Of a DNA stretch of 64,000 nt, positions 9,947 to 19,813 are shown piece by piece. Made by a program: the position numbers and the translations under genes. The DNA comes from Candidatus Kerfeldbacteria bacterium (GTDB lineage: Bacteria > Patescibacteriota > Patescibacteriia > SBBC01 > CAIJZX01), in assembly GCA_903825245.1 (NCBI GenBank), contig CAIJZX010000016.1:2100-66099 (forward strand). The letters run 5' to 3'. Position 1 is the stretch's first letter. Each line of letters starts with the position of its first letter. The notes under the pieces were generated by a model. The model saw only the letters and a list, made by a program, of their open reading frames with translations, was not told where the DNA came from and made no database searches.

Positions 9947-11023
9947 ATGAAAGCTGTCATCATGGCTGGCGGAAACGGCACACGACTGTGGCCGGTATCA
10001 CGTCAACAGTCACCGAAACAAGCGCAACCGTTCGGCGATAACGAAACATTGTTGCAAAAAACCTACCGGCGTTTACGACGCGGGTGGAGCGATAAAGATA
10101 TTTTTGTTTCAACAAGCGTCGATCAGTTTTCTATCTTACGCAAGCAATTACCGAAATTACAATCGTCGCAGTACATTTTAGAATCTGCGCGACGCGATAC
10201 CGCCTCGGCCATCGGCTTAGCTGTGGCGGCGATTCATAAAAAAAATCCGCAAGAAGTTGTCTTTACGGCTAACTCCGACGCCTACCTGAAAGAAACGGAT
10301 GCCTATGTGAAAGTTATCAAGGATGCCGGTGCACTTGTTAACCGTTTCCCGAATCAAACAGTGCTGATCGGCATCAAGCCGCGTTTCGCTGATACCGGAC
10401 TCGGGTATATCAAAATGAAAAAACAAGTCGACTCGATCGGCGGTCATGACGTTTTTCTTGTTGATCGCTTTGTCGAGAAACCGGATCGTGCGACCGCCGA
10501 ACGATATGTAGCGAGTTGGCAGTATTTGTGGAATCCAGCCATGTTTGTGTTTCGTGCGGATGCGATGTTGGAAAAGTATCGGCGCTGGTTGCCGTCGTCA
10601 TACAAGTTGTTGATGCAAATGCAATCGGCAATAGGAACATCGCGAGAGCGAGCGACGATTAAGCGGCTATTTCCGAAAATGCAGAAAATTTCTATCGACT
10701 ATGGCATTATGGAAAAAGATCGGCAAATGCTGGTCATGCCTGCCGATTTGACCTGGTCCGATATCGGTTCGTGGTCGGCAGTGCACGATATGCTCGCTGC
10801 GCATCCGCATCATAATGTCAGCCGGGCGAAACATATCAGCATTGATTCACGTGGGAATTTACTTTTCAGCTATACCGGTAAGCTTATCGCGACCGCTGGT
10901 TTGCAGAATATGATTGTCATCGAAACCGACGACGCGATTCTGGTTTGCCCAAAAGACCGGGCACAGGATGTGAAGCAAATAGTAGTTGAACTGGAGCGAC
11001 AAAAATTGAATTGTCACCTCTAA
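9947..11023 (+). CDS. manC: Mannose-1-phosphate guanylyltransferase
   Basis: 'VIMAGGNGTRLWPVSR..PKQ', 'GYI', 'FVEKPD', 'ISIDYGIMEK', 'WSDIGSW'. Confidence 0.93.
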   Translation: MKAVIMAGGNGTRLWPVSRQQSPKQAQPFGDNETLLQKTYRRLRRGWSDKDIFVSTSVDQFSILRKQLPKLQSSQYILESARRDTASAIGLAVAAIHKKNPQEVVFTANSDAYLKETDAYVKVIKDAGALVNRFPNQTVLIGIKPRFADTGLGYIKMKKQVDSIGGHDVFLVDRFVEKPDRATAERYVASWQYLWNPAMFVFRADAMLEKYRRWLPSSYKLLMQMQSAIGTSRERATIKRLFPKMQKISIDYGIMEKDRQMLVMPADLTWSDIGSWSAVHDMLAAHPHHNVSRAKHISIDSRGNLLFSYTGKLIATAGLQNMIVIETDDAILVCPKDRAQDVKQIVVELERQKLNCHL

Positions 11024-12042
11024 TGCGCTACGTCTACGCGATTATTGGAGGATTCATCATTGTCGTTGGTATTGCCGTCGGGTGGATGCTGTTGTCGGTA
11101 AATCATGCGACTGGATCGGCGTCACAGCAAGTGTCGTTTACTGTTGCTCGAGGGCAACAACTTCGGAGCGTCGCCGTGGCTTTGCAAAAAGATAACCTTA
11201 TTTCATCAGCCGGGGCTTGGACATTGTATGCGCTGACGCAAGGGAAGCGTTCGGGAATTTTGGTCGGGGATTATGTGTTAGATCGCGGTATGACCGGTCG
11301 GCAGATTTTGCAAACGATTTCGACGCAGAATGCAAAGGACAACGAGGTGATGTTAACGTTTAAAGAAGGTTTAACAAATAAAGAGATCGCTTCAAGCTTA
11401 GAAACAGCGGGTGTCGTTAGTGCTAGTGATTTTCTAGCGGCAGTAGGCGTGACGGACAGCCGAACCGTGGTTGCAAAAGACTATACATTCTTAGCGGATA
11501 AACCCGCAAGCGCCGATCTCGAAGGATATCTTTTTCCAGATACGTATCGATTTTTTAAGAAATCAACCGCGGCATCGGTGTTGCAGAAGTTTCTCGATAA
11601 CTTCGATCAGCGTGTAACACCGGCGCTACGCCAAGCGGCGAAGGCTCATGGACATACGCTGTATGAGGAGTTAACGATGGCCTCAATTTTAGAGAAAGAG
11701 TTAAAAACTGATACCGATCGTGCGAACGGCGCCGATGTGTTCTGGAAGCGCATTGATATCGGTATGCCATTACAGTCCGATGCTACTGTTATCTTCTCCA
11801 CCGGACAGTCGAATATCAATGTCTCAATCGCCGATACGAACACTGATTCACCATATAATACCTACCAACACAAAGGTTTGCCACCGGGGCCGATCAATAA
11901 TCCGGGCATTTCGTCGCTCCGCGCGGCTATCAATCCGACGAGTAATCCATATTATTACTATTTGACTGCACCGGATGGGACGACGTATTTCGCGAAAACA
12001 TTGGCTGAACATAACGAGAACAAGGCTAAGTATTTAAAGTAA
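11023..12042 (+). CDS. mltG: Endolytic transglycosylase MltG (YceG family)
   Basis: N-terminal TM, 'LEGYLFPDTY', 'MASILEKE', 'LQSDAT', 'SPYNTY..GLPPGPINNPG'. Confidence 0.93.
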   Translation: MRYVYAIIGGFIIVVGIAVGWMLLSVNHATGSASQQVSFTVARGQQLRSVAVALQKDNLISSAGAWTLYALTQGKRSGILVGDYVLDRGMTGRQILQTISTQNAKDNEVMLTFKEGLTNKEIASSLETAGVVSASDFLAAVGVTDSRTVVAKDYTFLADKPASADLEGYLFPDTYRFFKKSTAASVLQKFLDNFDQRVTPALRQAAKAHGHTLYEELTMASILEKELKTDTDRANGADVFWKRIDIGMPLQSDATVIFSTGQSNINVSIADTNTDSPYNTYQHKGLPPGPINNPGISSLRAAINPTSNPYYYYLTAPDGTTYFAKTLAEHNENKAKYLK

Positions 12043-12050
12043 ATGCGAGG

Positions 12051-12929
12051 ATGAAAATTCCGATAAAACAATTAGCTTCGGGTTTTCAAATGCCGGTTTA
12101 TGGACTTGGTACCTGGCAAATGGGTGGACGGAACGAGCGCGATCCAAAAAATAATGATAACGCAGATATTTCAGCAATCCGATACGCGATTGAGCGAGGA
12201 GTGACACACATTGATACGGCTGAATCGTATGCGAACGGTTACACAGAATCGTTAGTCGGGCAAGCCATTAAGCCATACGACCGACGATCGTTATTTTTGG
12301 TTTCGAAGGTTCACTCAAGTCATCTGGAATATCAACAAGTGATCGATGCTGCCAGGTTTAGCCTGGATCGTCTGGGGACTGATTATCTCGACCTATATCT
12401 TATCCATCGATATAGTCTCAGCACACCCTTAGGAGAGACAATGCAAGCATTAGATGAACTTATTCATCAGGGTTTAGTAAGAAACATAGGGGTAAGCAAT
12501 TTCCCAGTTGAGAAAATGGAAGAAGCACGGGCACTAACAAAAAATAAAATCGTTTGTAATCAAGTTCACTATAATCTCAAGTATCGCGAGGTTGAGAAGG
12601 AAGGCGTGCTAAGATATTGCCAAGAGCACGATGTAATGCTCGTTGCTTGGCGACCGCTTCAAAAAGGTCTTTTGCTAGACGCCGTTCCTCCCGTGGTATC
12701 TGAGTTAGCAAAAAAATATGGTAAAACACCGACTCAAATTGCCATCAACTGGGTTATCTCTCAAGATCATGTCGTTACGCTTTCAAAGACGTCCAACAAT
12801 GATCATCTCCAAGAAAATCTAGGAGCTGTGGGATGGTCCATGGATACCGAGGATATAGAGAAATTAAGATCAGAATTCCCGAATCAGGAAATAGTTTCTG
12901 ACGCAGTGCCACTGCATTATTCAGAATAA
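12051..12929 (+). CDS. Aldo/keto reductase
   Basis: 'GLGTW', 'HIDTAESY', 'SLDRLGTDYLDLYLIH', 'IGVSNF', 'NQVHY'. Confidence 0.93.
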   Translation: MKIPIKQLASGFQMPVYGLGTWQMGGRNERDPKNNDNADISAIRYAIERGVTHIDTAESYANGYTESLVGQAIKPYDRRSLFLVSKVHSSHLEYQQVIDAARFSLDRLGTDYLDLYLIHRYSLSTPLGETMQALDELIHQGLVRNIGVSNFPVEKMEEARALTKNKIVCNQVHYNLKYREVEKEGVLRYCQEHDVMLVAWRPLQKGLLLDAVPPVVSELAKKYGKTPTQIAINWVISQDHVVTLSKTSNNDHLQENLGAVGWSMDTEDIEKLRSEFPNQEIVSDAVPLHYSE

Positions 12930-12989
12930 ATAAGCGATATCCAGGTTAGACTTGACGTACTTTCTTTCTTCAGGTACACTGTTTTAGCT

Positions 12990-13115
12990 TTCCACAGACG
13001 CTCAGCCCCTCGACCTGGCTCGGGACAAGTGCCCGAGAACAAGACAAAGAGGGTTAATTGGCACGATTGCCAACTGACCGAGGAAGCACCGCCAATTCGG
13101 CGTCCATGTCTGTGG
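12990..13115 (+). promoter_or_regulatory. Probable L10 leader (rplJL autoregulatory RNA)
   Basis: Directly upstream of rplJ; closing stem CCACAGAC...GTCTGTGG around 'AAGAC...GGTTAA...CCGAGG' resembling L10-leader motifs; TTGACG...TACACT promoter upstream. Confidence 0.6.
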
Positions 13116-13137
13116 TCGCCAACTTTTCTACATACCT

Positions 13138-13677
13138 ATGGCTATAACACGACAAGCGAAAGAGCAGACCCTCGTCGAGTTGAATGAAAAACTTCAACGA
13201 TCGAAGGGATTGATTTTTACCCATTACCAAGGGTTAACCGTAAAAGATGTTACGGAATTGCGGAAGACGCTCCGCCAAGGTGACGTGGAACTGGTCGTAG
13301 CGAAGAAAACGCTGCTACGAAAAGCGTTGACCGAAAATGGTTTTGACCAAGCGATTGTCGACCAACTCGAAGGTAGTGTGGCCATGGCCTTCGGATACAG
13401 CGACGAAGTTACGGCCGCAAAGTTGCTCCAAACATTCGCCAAGACCCATCCAACCGTTGAACTCATGGGCGGCTTAATCGGTAAACAGGTGCTTGATGCT
13501 AAACAAGCTGTGACATTAGCAAAACTTCCGAGTCGCGACGAAATGCGGGCTAAACTGGTCTGGGTCATTGGCAGTCCGTTGTCCGGTTTAGTTCAAGTTA
13601 CGGCGGGAACATTACGAAGCTTCATCCAAGTTCTTAACGCAATTAATGAGAAGCGCCCGGCTCAAGCTGGCGCCTAA
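13138..13677 (+). CDS. rplJ: 50S ribosomal protein L10
   Basis: 'YQGLTVKDVTELRK', 'VAKKTLL', 'LAKLPSRDE'. Confidence 0.96.
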   Translation: MAITRQAKEQTLVELNEKLQRSKGLIFTHYQGLTVKDVTELRKTLRQGDVELVVAKKTLLRKALTENGFDQAIVDQLEGSVAMAFGYSDEVTAAKLLQTFAKTHPTVELMGGLIGKQVLDAKQAVTLAKLPSRDEMRAKLVWVIGSPLSGLVQVTAGTLRSFIQVLNAINEKRPAQAGA

Positions 13678-13695
13678 CGAAGAAAGGAATATTTT

Positions 13696-14100
13696 ATGTC
13701 CGATGAACAACAAGTCGTCGAAGTGCCGGAAAAATTCAAGGCGCTCGTCGAACAGCTCGAAAAACTCTCCGTCCTGGACTTGGCCGAATTGGTCAAAGTA
13801 CTCGAAGGAAAGTTCGGTGTTAGCGCTGCCGCTCCGATGATGATGTCGGCCGCTCCAGCCGCAGGCGATGCCGCCGCGGTGGAAGAAAAGAGTTCGTTTA
13901 ATGTTGAGCTCTTAACAACTGGTTCGAATAAGATCGCGGTTATAAAGGTTGTTCGCGAGGTGACAGGCAAAGGTTTGAAAGAAGCCAAGGATATCGTTGA
14001 TGCCGCGCCGAAGATGATTAAGGAAGGCGCAACGAAGGAAGAAGCGGAAACGCTAAAGAAACAGCTTGAAGAAGCTGGAGCAACAGTCGCTCTCAAGTAA
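13696..14100 (+). CDS. rplL: 50S ribosomal protein L7/L12
   Basis: '[16 protein letters not shown]', '[20 protein letters not shown]', 'LEEAGATV'. Confidence 0.97.
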   Translation: MSDEQQVVEVPEKFKALVEQLEKLSVLDLAELVKVLEGKFGVSAAAPMMMSAAPAAGDAAAVEEKSSFNVELLTTGSNKIAVIKVVREVTGKGLKEAKDIVDAAPKMIKEGATKEEAETLKKQLEEAGATVALK

Positions 14101-14116
14101 GAACTTTTACAACAAT

Positions 14117-14146
14117 CTCCACACTAAACTACGGTGTGGAGTTTTG
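14117..14146 (+). terminator. Terminator after rplL
   Basis: CTCCACAC...GTGTGGAG followed by TTTTG. Confidence 0.7.
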
Positions 14147-16375
14147 TTAATGGTTCAGCGTGAAGGATGAAATGGTTACGCCGCTTAGAGCGTACGCTGT
14201 CTTTGTCTTTTCGTTGACTGTTATGTCACGAAGATCGGTCCAGGTTGGGGAGGTATATTGATCAACAAGCTTTCCTGTTTTTGTCATAACCACGATGCGA
14301 TGATGTCCCGGATCGACGAGGTAAATGTTTGTCATAGTTGAGTCTGTAATCAATCGAGTGGCGTCGGTTAGTGGTGGGTCAATAGTGCTTAACGTCAACG
14401 TGCCTTTCCGGCCATTTGCATACAACTCAACAACGCCGTGTGGTTGAAGAACGAAAATTGAACCATCAACTTGGAGGCTACGTGCGGCAGAAAGTTGAGC
14501 AGCTTCTTTTAACCAGAGTGTTCCTGTACCGAGAGAAGTAGCGCCGATAGTAAAGCGGACAATGGAAGTATGCGCTGCATCGAGTGTGTACAGTCTGTTT
14601 TGGTATATGGCTACCGATTGCACTCGTGAATTCGGGGTTGGCCACGTTGCATCGAGGGATTTCCAGGTTTTTTTCTGAGTATCAAGCAATAAGAATCCAT
14701 TGCGATCTGTACTGAACAAGACGCCAGATGTACCGCTAATGGCGCCAGTAGCTACTTTCCCGGTGTCGATAGTAGGGTTGGCGATAACTGTAGTCGTATT
14801 TGTTGTTCCTAGCGTGGTTGCAGTCACAATTGTCTGGCCCGGATCAACGGTAATGAGTTTGGTACCGGATAAATAGAGCTGTTGTGGTTGAATGTTAGGA
14901 GCGGTGGTTAGGAGATTAGCTACTACAGTTGGCTGCGGTATTGTTGTTTGGTGCGATAACTTAGCGATCAACTGGTTGATTGACGTTAGTGCTGATTGTC
15001 GAGCCGCTCTGTCTTTTGCGGTGTGGTTTGGCAATGCGTTGTAGAGTGTTTGAGCGGCTTGGAGTTCCTGTTGAGCAGTGACCTCTCCACCATATATAAT
15101 AGCAGCATTGGCTTTGGCAATATGATCACTAATGGTGGCTGATGAGTTTGTGGTAGCAGCAGTGGTTGGTGAATGGTGTTTCGGTAAAATACTAACCGCT
15201 AGAACCACAATCAGTACAAACGTTACACCAAGAAGAATTTGTTGCTGACGAGAAAGTCGTTGAAACGCAGAAATAGTTTGATTGAGCGAAGGTCGCCAAC
15301 GTCGTTTCATGGTTGTTGGCAATATGGCTGGGGGCGGTGCTGTTGGGATGTTTAGTCTATTCGGCCGGATGGTGGCAAAGAAATGCGTAGTTTCATCAAA
15401 AGTTCTTCGGAATATGCGGTGTACAGATGGCCAAAAACTTGATGTCGATCGCGCGAGTGACTGATTTTGTATGCTGCCGGGGACCGTTCGTCGCGGTGGT
15501 TTATGTAAAACCTTCTGACGTGTTATGGTTGATACGCTGCGAGTAATTTGAACGACTACGTCGCGAAAAGCTGGCCAGATTGATGGCGAGAGTAAACGTT
15601 CAGTAGCTTGTTCTTTGGCAATTAAATGCTCCATGGAAACTTGTGGGGCAGATTGTGTCAGGGTGGCCTGGGCTACAGGACGGCTCATCGGCGTCGTTAC
15701 TGTCTCAGCGGCGACCGATTGCACAATCACTGCTGCGAATGATGATTGCTGCTTAACACCTAAGAGTGTTGATTCCCATTGATGAACGGCTGCTGATGGG
15801 CTGCCATCAAGAAGTGTCCGTCGAAGTTTTTCTAGTGAGAAATAGTCTAGTAACGACGGGGTACAAAAAAGTAATTGATCGTCGGCCTGTAATTGGCCAG
15901 CAATGACGTGAGAAAATATTCTGATGGGATTGACGGCAGTACTTTCGTTGTCGCCTAATAAATCATGCATTCGATTCCGGCGGAATAAATACCCATGAAT
16001 AGCCCCGACGGAACTCATTACCACTTCGTCTCGCCATATAGCGGCGATAAGAATGTTCGCTGTCTCAACCCATTGACTAACGCCGTCGGTGATAACACTG
16101 TGGAGTCGTCGGTTCGTTTGCTGAAGAGCATGTTCAAGTGCACGTTCTGGTTTTACGTCAGCCGATCGGTAGTACGCGGTGCGCAGTTCCTCTTGGATGA
16201 GATTTACTACATCAAGATGAACACGGTCCGTTCCGGCGATAGTAGCAACCACAATTAACTTACCTAATGCCTGCTCTTCAGTCGGTGTCGGACGAGAAAT
16301 CCAAACATTCGCCGCCGTTGGCGAATGGTTGGGGTCGTAGATGAGGAGGGTTTCAAATCGTTGGCGGAGGGGCAT
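14147..16375 (-). CDS. Membrane protein: PP2C-like N-terminal domain, single TM, C-terminal beta-propeller
   Basis: 'ALEHALQQTN', 'SVGAIHGYLFRR', 'AGQLQADDQLLFCT' resemble the PP2C fold without the metal Asps; repeated 'LYTLD','IFVL','IYLVDPGHHRIVV' propeller blades. Confidence 0.55.
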   Translation of the reverse strand: MPLRQRFETLLIYDPNHSPTAANVWISRPTPTEEQALGKLIVVATIAGTDRVHLDVVNLIQEELRTAYYRSADVKPERALEHALQQTNRRLHSVITDGVSQWVETANILIAAIWRDEVVMSSVGAIHGYLFRRNRMHDLLGDNESTAVNPIRIFSHVIAGQLQADDQLLFCTPSLLDYFSLEKLRRTLLDGSPSAAVHQWESTLLGVKQQSSFAAVIVQSVAAETVTTPMSRPVAQATLTQSAPQVSMEHLIAKEQATERLLSPSIWPAFRDVVVQITRSVSTITRQKVLHKPPRRTVPGSIQNQSLARSTSSFWPSVHRIFRRTFDETTHFFATIRPNRLNIPTAPPPAILPTTMKRRWRPSLNQTISAFQRLSRQQQILLGVTFVLIVVLAVSILPKHHSPTTAATTNSSATISDHIAKANAAIIYGGEVTAQQELQAAQTLYNALPNHTAKDRAARQSALTSINQLIAKLSHQTTIPQPTVVANLLTTAPNIQPQQLYLSGTKLITVDPGQTIVTATTLGTTNTTTVIANPTIDTGKVATGAISGTSGVLFSTDRNGFLLLDTQKKTWKSLDATWPTPNSRVQSVAIYQNRLYTLDAAHTSIVRFTIGATSLGTGTLWLKEAAQLSAARSLQVDGSIFVLQPHGVVELYANGRKGTLTLSTIDPPLTDATRLITDSTMTNIYLVDPGHHRIVVMTKTGKLVDQYTSPTWTDLRDITVNEKTKTAYALSGVTISSFTLNH

Positions 16376-16420
16376 ACAGGGACAAAAATCAGCTTTTAGT
16401 ATACACTACAGTAGAAATCT

Positions 16421-16993
16421 ATGCGATCTTCACTTGACCACCTCTTTGGTTCACGTACTCGAGCAAAAGTGCTCCGCCTTTTACTGACAAACCCGGAAAA
16501 GTCTTATTTTGTGCGTGAAATTAGCCGAAAAATACATGAACACGTCAATTCTGTTCGTAGAGAACTGCAGTTACTACAGTCAATTAACCTGGTGACAGCG
16601 GTCGGCGATGGATTAAAACGATACTATCGAGCCAACATGGAAAGCGGCTTGTTCCCGGAATTGAAGGCGTTAGTCTTTAAAGGTGAGGTGCTCGAAGAGC
16701 GCACATTACTAGCACAAATTGAGGATAGTGGACGAATCTATTTACTCGTTTTGACCGGTTTCTTTGTTGGTCAAATAGAATCCGCTACGGATATTCTCAT
16801 TGTCGGAAGTGTGAATCGGCCAAAGTTAGAGAGGTTGATGAACACCTTTCAGGAGCACTTCGATAGAGAAATTCATTATACCGTCATGACCAAGCAGGAA
16901 TTTGAGTACCGGCACTCACTGACAGACCGTTTCTTGTACGCAATTCTCTCTGGACCAATTATTGCCGTTATCGATAAAAGACCGACAGTATGA
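16421..16993 (+). CDS. Winged-helix plus nucleotidyltransferase-like domain protein
   Basis: 'LFGSRTRAKVL..YFVREISR..NSVRREL', C-terminal 'TG.F..TDILIVG'. Confidence 0.75.
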   Translation: MRSSLDHLFGSRTRAKVLRLLLTNPEKSYFVREISRKIHEHVNSVRRELQLLQSINLVTAVGDGLKRYYRANMESGLFPELKALVFKGEVLEERTLLAQIEDSGRIYLLVLTGFFVGQIESATDILIVGSVNRPKLERLMNTFQEHFDREIHYTVMTKQEFEYRHSLTDRFLYAILSGPIIAVIDKRPTV

Positions 16994-17409
16994 AACTAGT
17001 TATACAAACGAACGTCGCCGGACGGTTGTTGTTTTGGTTGGTGGCGAAAGGCAGTATTCAAGCCAAACTTTCGAAAATAGTACAATGGCATGGTTCAGAT
17101 GTGGCCTTGCAAGCCATAGATACGATGTTGAAGAAAAACAAAAAAACCTTATCAGGGATTGTCGTTGTTCGCGGCCCTGGATCATTTACGGCTGTTCGTA
17201 CCGGATTGATTATTGCCAATACATTAGCAAGCCTTCTCGATCTCCCGGTATATGGTGTTGTTCATACTTTAACGCTAACCGATAGCGAGGTGCTGAAGGT
17301 TGTTCAACAAGAAGGTAAGCGCCGGACATTGATCAAGCCGTGGTATGGCAAATCACCGAATATAACGAAATCAAAAAAGAAACTACCTCAAGCAAGGGCG
17401 AAACGCTGA
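16990..17409 (+). CDS. tsaB: TsaB-like t6A biosynthesis protein (short form)
   Basis: 'IVVVRGPGSFTAVRTG..ANTLA..LPVYGV'. Confidence 0.78.
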   Translation: MKLVIQTNVAGRLLFWLVAKGSIQAKLSKIVQWHGSDVALQAIDTMLKKNKKTLSGIVVVRGPGSFTAVRTGLIIANTLASLLDLPVYGVVHTLTLTDSEVLKVVQQEGKRRTLIKPWYGKSPNITKSKKKLPQARAKR

Positions 17410-17954
17410 CGTTGTTCAACCGGTCGCGGATCAATGCCGCGGGAGAATTGTTGTAGGATGAGTCCGGAAACACCAAACCAATCGCGTAGGGTCTGATGGG
17501 AAACATCTCGAAAGGCAGCAAACGTTGTCACGCCGTGTTTTTCTAAGTACCGTGTCGTGCGTTCTCCGAGTCCTGGCAGTAATCGAATCGGAAGTTGGGC
17601 TAGAAATTCCTCAGTCATTGCTGCGGTTACAATTGTGCAGTGCGGTGAACCACGGTAGAGGGCGGCGGCGCGAGCGGTCGTTTTTTGTTCGGCGGCTCCG
17701 AAACGAATGTATGCACCGTAGGTATGTCGCAACGCTTGGTAGACTTCCTGTACTCTTGCTTTTGTCATCCACGGCTCAAGAGATATGTACGCACTGCGGA
17801 CGGAATCAAATTCATAACTTTGGACGCCGCGAATCTGGTCAAAGATTTGCGCGTGACCGAGGAGTATCGATTGGAGGGGGAGTTGAAGATAAGCGATCAT
17901 CCCGTTAGATGGGCGAATTGATAATGACCGTTGGTGTACGAGGGTTGATGACAT
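17388..17954 (-). CDS. Degenerate Y-family polymerase (DinB/ImuB-like), probably catalytically inactive
   Basis: Thumb/HhH 'FLAQLPIRLLPGLGERT..L..GVTTF', 'FG..G..L....RGIDPRPV'; catalytic SIDE replaced by SVRS; LexA box upstream. Confidence 0.72.
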   Translation of the reverse strand: MSSTLVHQRSLSIRPSNGMIAYLQLPLQSILLGHAQIFDQIRGVQSYEFDSVRSAYISLEPWMTKARVQEVYQALRHTYGAYIRFGAAEQKTTARAAALYRGSPHCTIVTAAMTEEFLAQLPIRLLPGLGERTTRYLEKHGVTTFAAFRDVSHQTLRDWFGVSGLILQQFSRGIDPRPVEQRQRFALA

Positions 17955-17996
17955 ATGTTGGTTGCCCGTCTAACGGGACAGGTAGTTGAATGAAAG

Positions 17997-18012
17997 CCGA
18001 AGAAAAACCGAA
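17997..18012 (-). promoter_or_regulatory. LexA box TTCGG-N6-TTCGG
   Basis: CCGAA-GAAAAA-CCGAA on plus; matches the direct-repeat LexA motif described for Patescibacteria; upstream of the DinB-like gene. Confidence 0.85.
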
Positions 18013-18057
18013 GTAATAATGCTGTAAAAGCGCGCACTTAACATACGCGCCTAACAG

Positions 18058-18678
18058 TTAGTATTGTCGAATGACGCCAAGAACCTTACCCTGAATAACG
18101 ACACTCTTCACGTCGATCGGTGAGTACGTGCGGTTTGCCGGTTGTAAACGGATAAAGTTTCGCTTTTTGAAGAACTTCTTTAATGTGGCGGTGCCATCAT
18201 CGAGTAGAGCGACCACCGTATCGCCGTCTTTCGCGTAGTCAGTTTTTTCAATAACAACGAAGTCACCATCGGCAATAAAGCTTTCAATCATAGAATCACC
18301 TTTGACTTTAAGGACATAGGCGTTCTTTCCGCGAACAATTTCTTCTGGTACCGCTAACGAGACGTCGCGATTTTCAATCGCATCAATCGGGTAACCAGCG
18401 GCGATTGTGCCGACAACTGGCAAAGATATGCTTCGTGCAATCGTTGCGGCAAACGTCTTGAGTCGTGACGTCAGTGTAATACCGCGTTCTTCGCCTTCAG
18501 CGCGATCGATAAATCCGCGTTCTTCGAGGAATTGCAAATGTTCGTGAACCGTTGAGAGTGCGTTAACATCAAGAAACTTCGCAATTTCAGAAAGTGTTGG
18601 TGCATATCCGTGTTGCTCAATATAGTCCTTTAAAAATTGAAGAACTTTCTGTTTCGTTTTTGGTAGGATATGAGCCAT
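18058..18678 (-). CDS. lexA: SOS repressor LexA
   Basis: 'GYAPTLSEIA', 'STVHEHL', AG cleavage site 'IAAGYP', S24 'VKGDSM', 'ATLKK'. Confidence 0.96.
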   Translation of the reverse strand: MAHILPKTKQKVLQFLKDYIEQHGYAPTLSEIAKFLDVNALSTVHEHLQFLEERGFIDRAEGEERGITLTSRLKTFAATIARSISLPVVGTIAAGYPIDAIENRDVSLAVPEEIVRGKNAYVLKVKGDSMIESFIADGDFVVIEKTDYAKDGDTVVALLDDGTATLKKFFKKRNFIRLQPANRTYSPIDVKSVVIQGKVLGVIRQY

Positions 18679-18877
18679 AGGAAAGTGGTGTACACCCCTC
18701 CTAACATTTACTTTGTTGGAGAGACAAATTGTTGTTGGAAAATTATATATTGTATGGTGTGAGGAGTGGTAATCTCACCTGATGCGGTGGGGGAAAGGGG
18801 AGTTTCCTCGTCCCTGACCCCACCGAATCGATGAACGTATGTTGAGCGACCCGCTATGCAGGCCTGGCTTCACGAAC

Positions 18878-18906
18878 ATCATATACCGAAGGAAAACCGA
18901 AGTCAA
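18878..18906 (-). promoter_or_regulatory. lexA promoter (TTGACT-N17-TATGAT) overlapped by a LexA box (18886-18901)
   Basis: Minus strand TTGACTTCGGTTTTCCTTCGGTATATGAT. Confidence 0.85.
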
Positions 18907-19029
18907 GGATGTAAAGAGCTTAGTTCCACGTCCTAAAGTCCAATGAAATGATTAATCTTTAAAGTAATCCACAGGGATGGTTTGCCTGCAACGCGATTCG
19001 GCGTAGCCAAATTTTACGTTGGGGATAAC

Positions 19030-19045
19030 TTCGGGTATTCTTCGG
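19030..19045 (+). promoter_or_regulatory. LexA box TTCGG-GTATTC-TTCGG
   Basis: Third exact copy of the motif, just upstream of the rmlC promoter. Confidence 0.65.
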
Positions 19046-19082
19046 TCTAGGCTAAGTCAGCGGTCTTTGCTATAGTTTCGCT

Positions 19083-19640
19083 ATGTCGAATCTCCGTGTT
19101 GCCGAAACTGAACTCAAAGGATTGTTTCTTATCGACCTTGATGTGTTCGCTGATTCTCGCGGTTCATTTCGTGAAGCGTTTCAAGCGGAAAAATTAGAAG
19201 CGTTAGGATTGCCAAAGTTGGGACCGGTGCAATGGAATATTTCGGAAAATATGCGAGCCGGCATAATACGGGGAATTCATGCCGAGCCGTGGGATAAGTA
19301 TATCCACTGTATTGCCGGTCGGGCCTTTGCCGCGATTGTTGATATTCGAAAAGAGTCTCCTATGTTCGGTCGCCATTTAACGTTTGAACTCGATCAAACG
19401 AAAGCGTTATACGTGTCGAAAGGATTCGGGAATGCATACCAGACATTGGAACCGAATACGGTCTACGGATATTTAGTCAACGCTCATTGGACGGCTGGGC
19501 TAAAATATCCGGCCATCAATTACGCTGATCCTGATTTGAATATCCAATGGCCGTTACCGATCGGGTCGGATGACGTGTCGGAGAAAGATACAAAAAATCC
19601 GATGATGAAAGAAATGTTTCCGCAGAAATACACCACTTGA
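19083..19640 (+). CDS. rmlC: dTDP-4-dehydrorhamnose 3,5-epimerase
   Basis: 'DSRGSFRE', 'IRGIH', 'VDIRKESPMFG', 'GFGNAYQTL', 'DPDLNIQWP', 'SEKD'. Confidence 0.92.
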   Translation: MSNLRVAETELKGLFLIDLDVFADSRGSFREAFQAEKLEALGLPKLGPVQWNISENMRAGIIRGIHAEPWDKYIHCIAGRAFAAIVDIRKESPMFGRHLTFELDQTKALYVSKGFGNAYQTLEPNTVYGYLVNAHWTAGLKYPAINYADPDLNIQWPLPIGSDDVSEKDTKNPMMKEMFPQKYTT

Positions 19641-19813
19641 CGATTGTATGGTTGACAACAACTGCTGACGGTGGTAGATACTAGTCAGCAGTTCGTTGAC
19701 AATTGTCTCGGATGGAATATCTCGGGAGCTTCTCGAGAGTGGCCACCGGGCGAGCTCAGCTCGCGGAAAATTTCAGTGTTGCTGAAATAGAACCGTGGGT
19801 TTGGGGGTACAAC

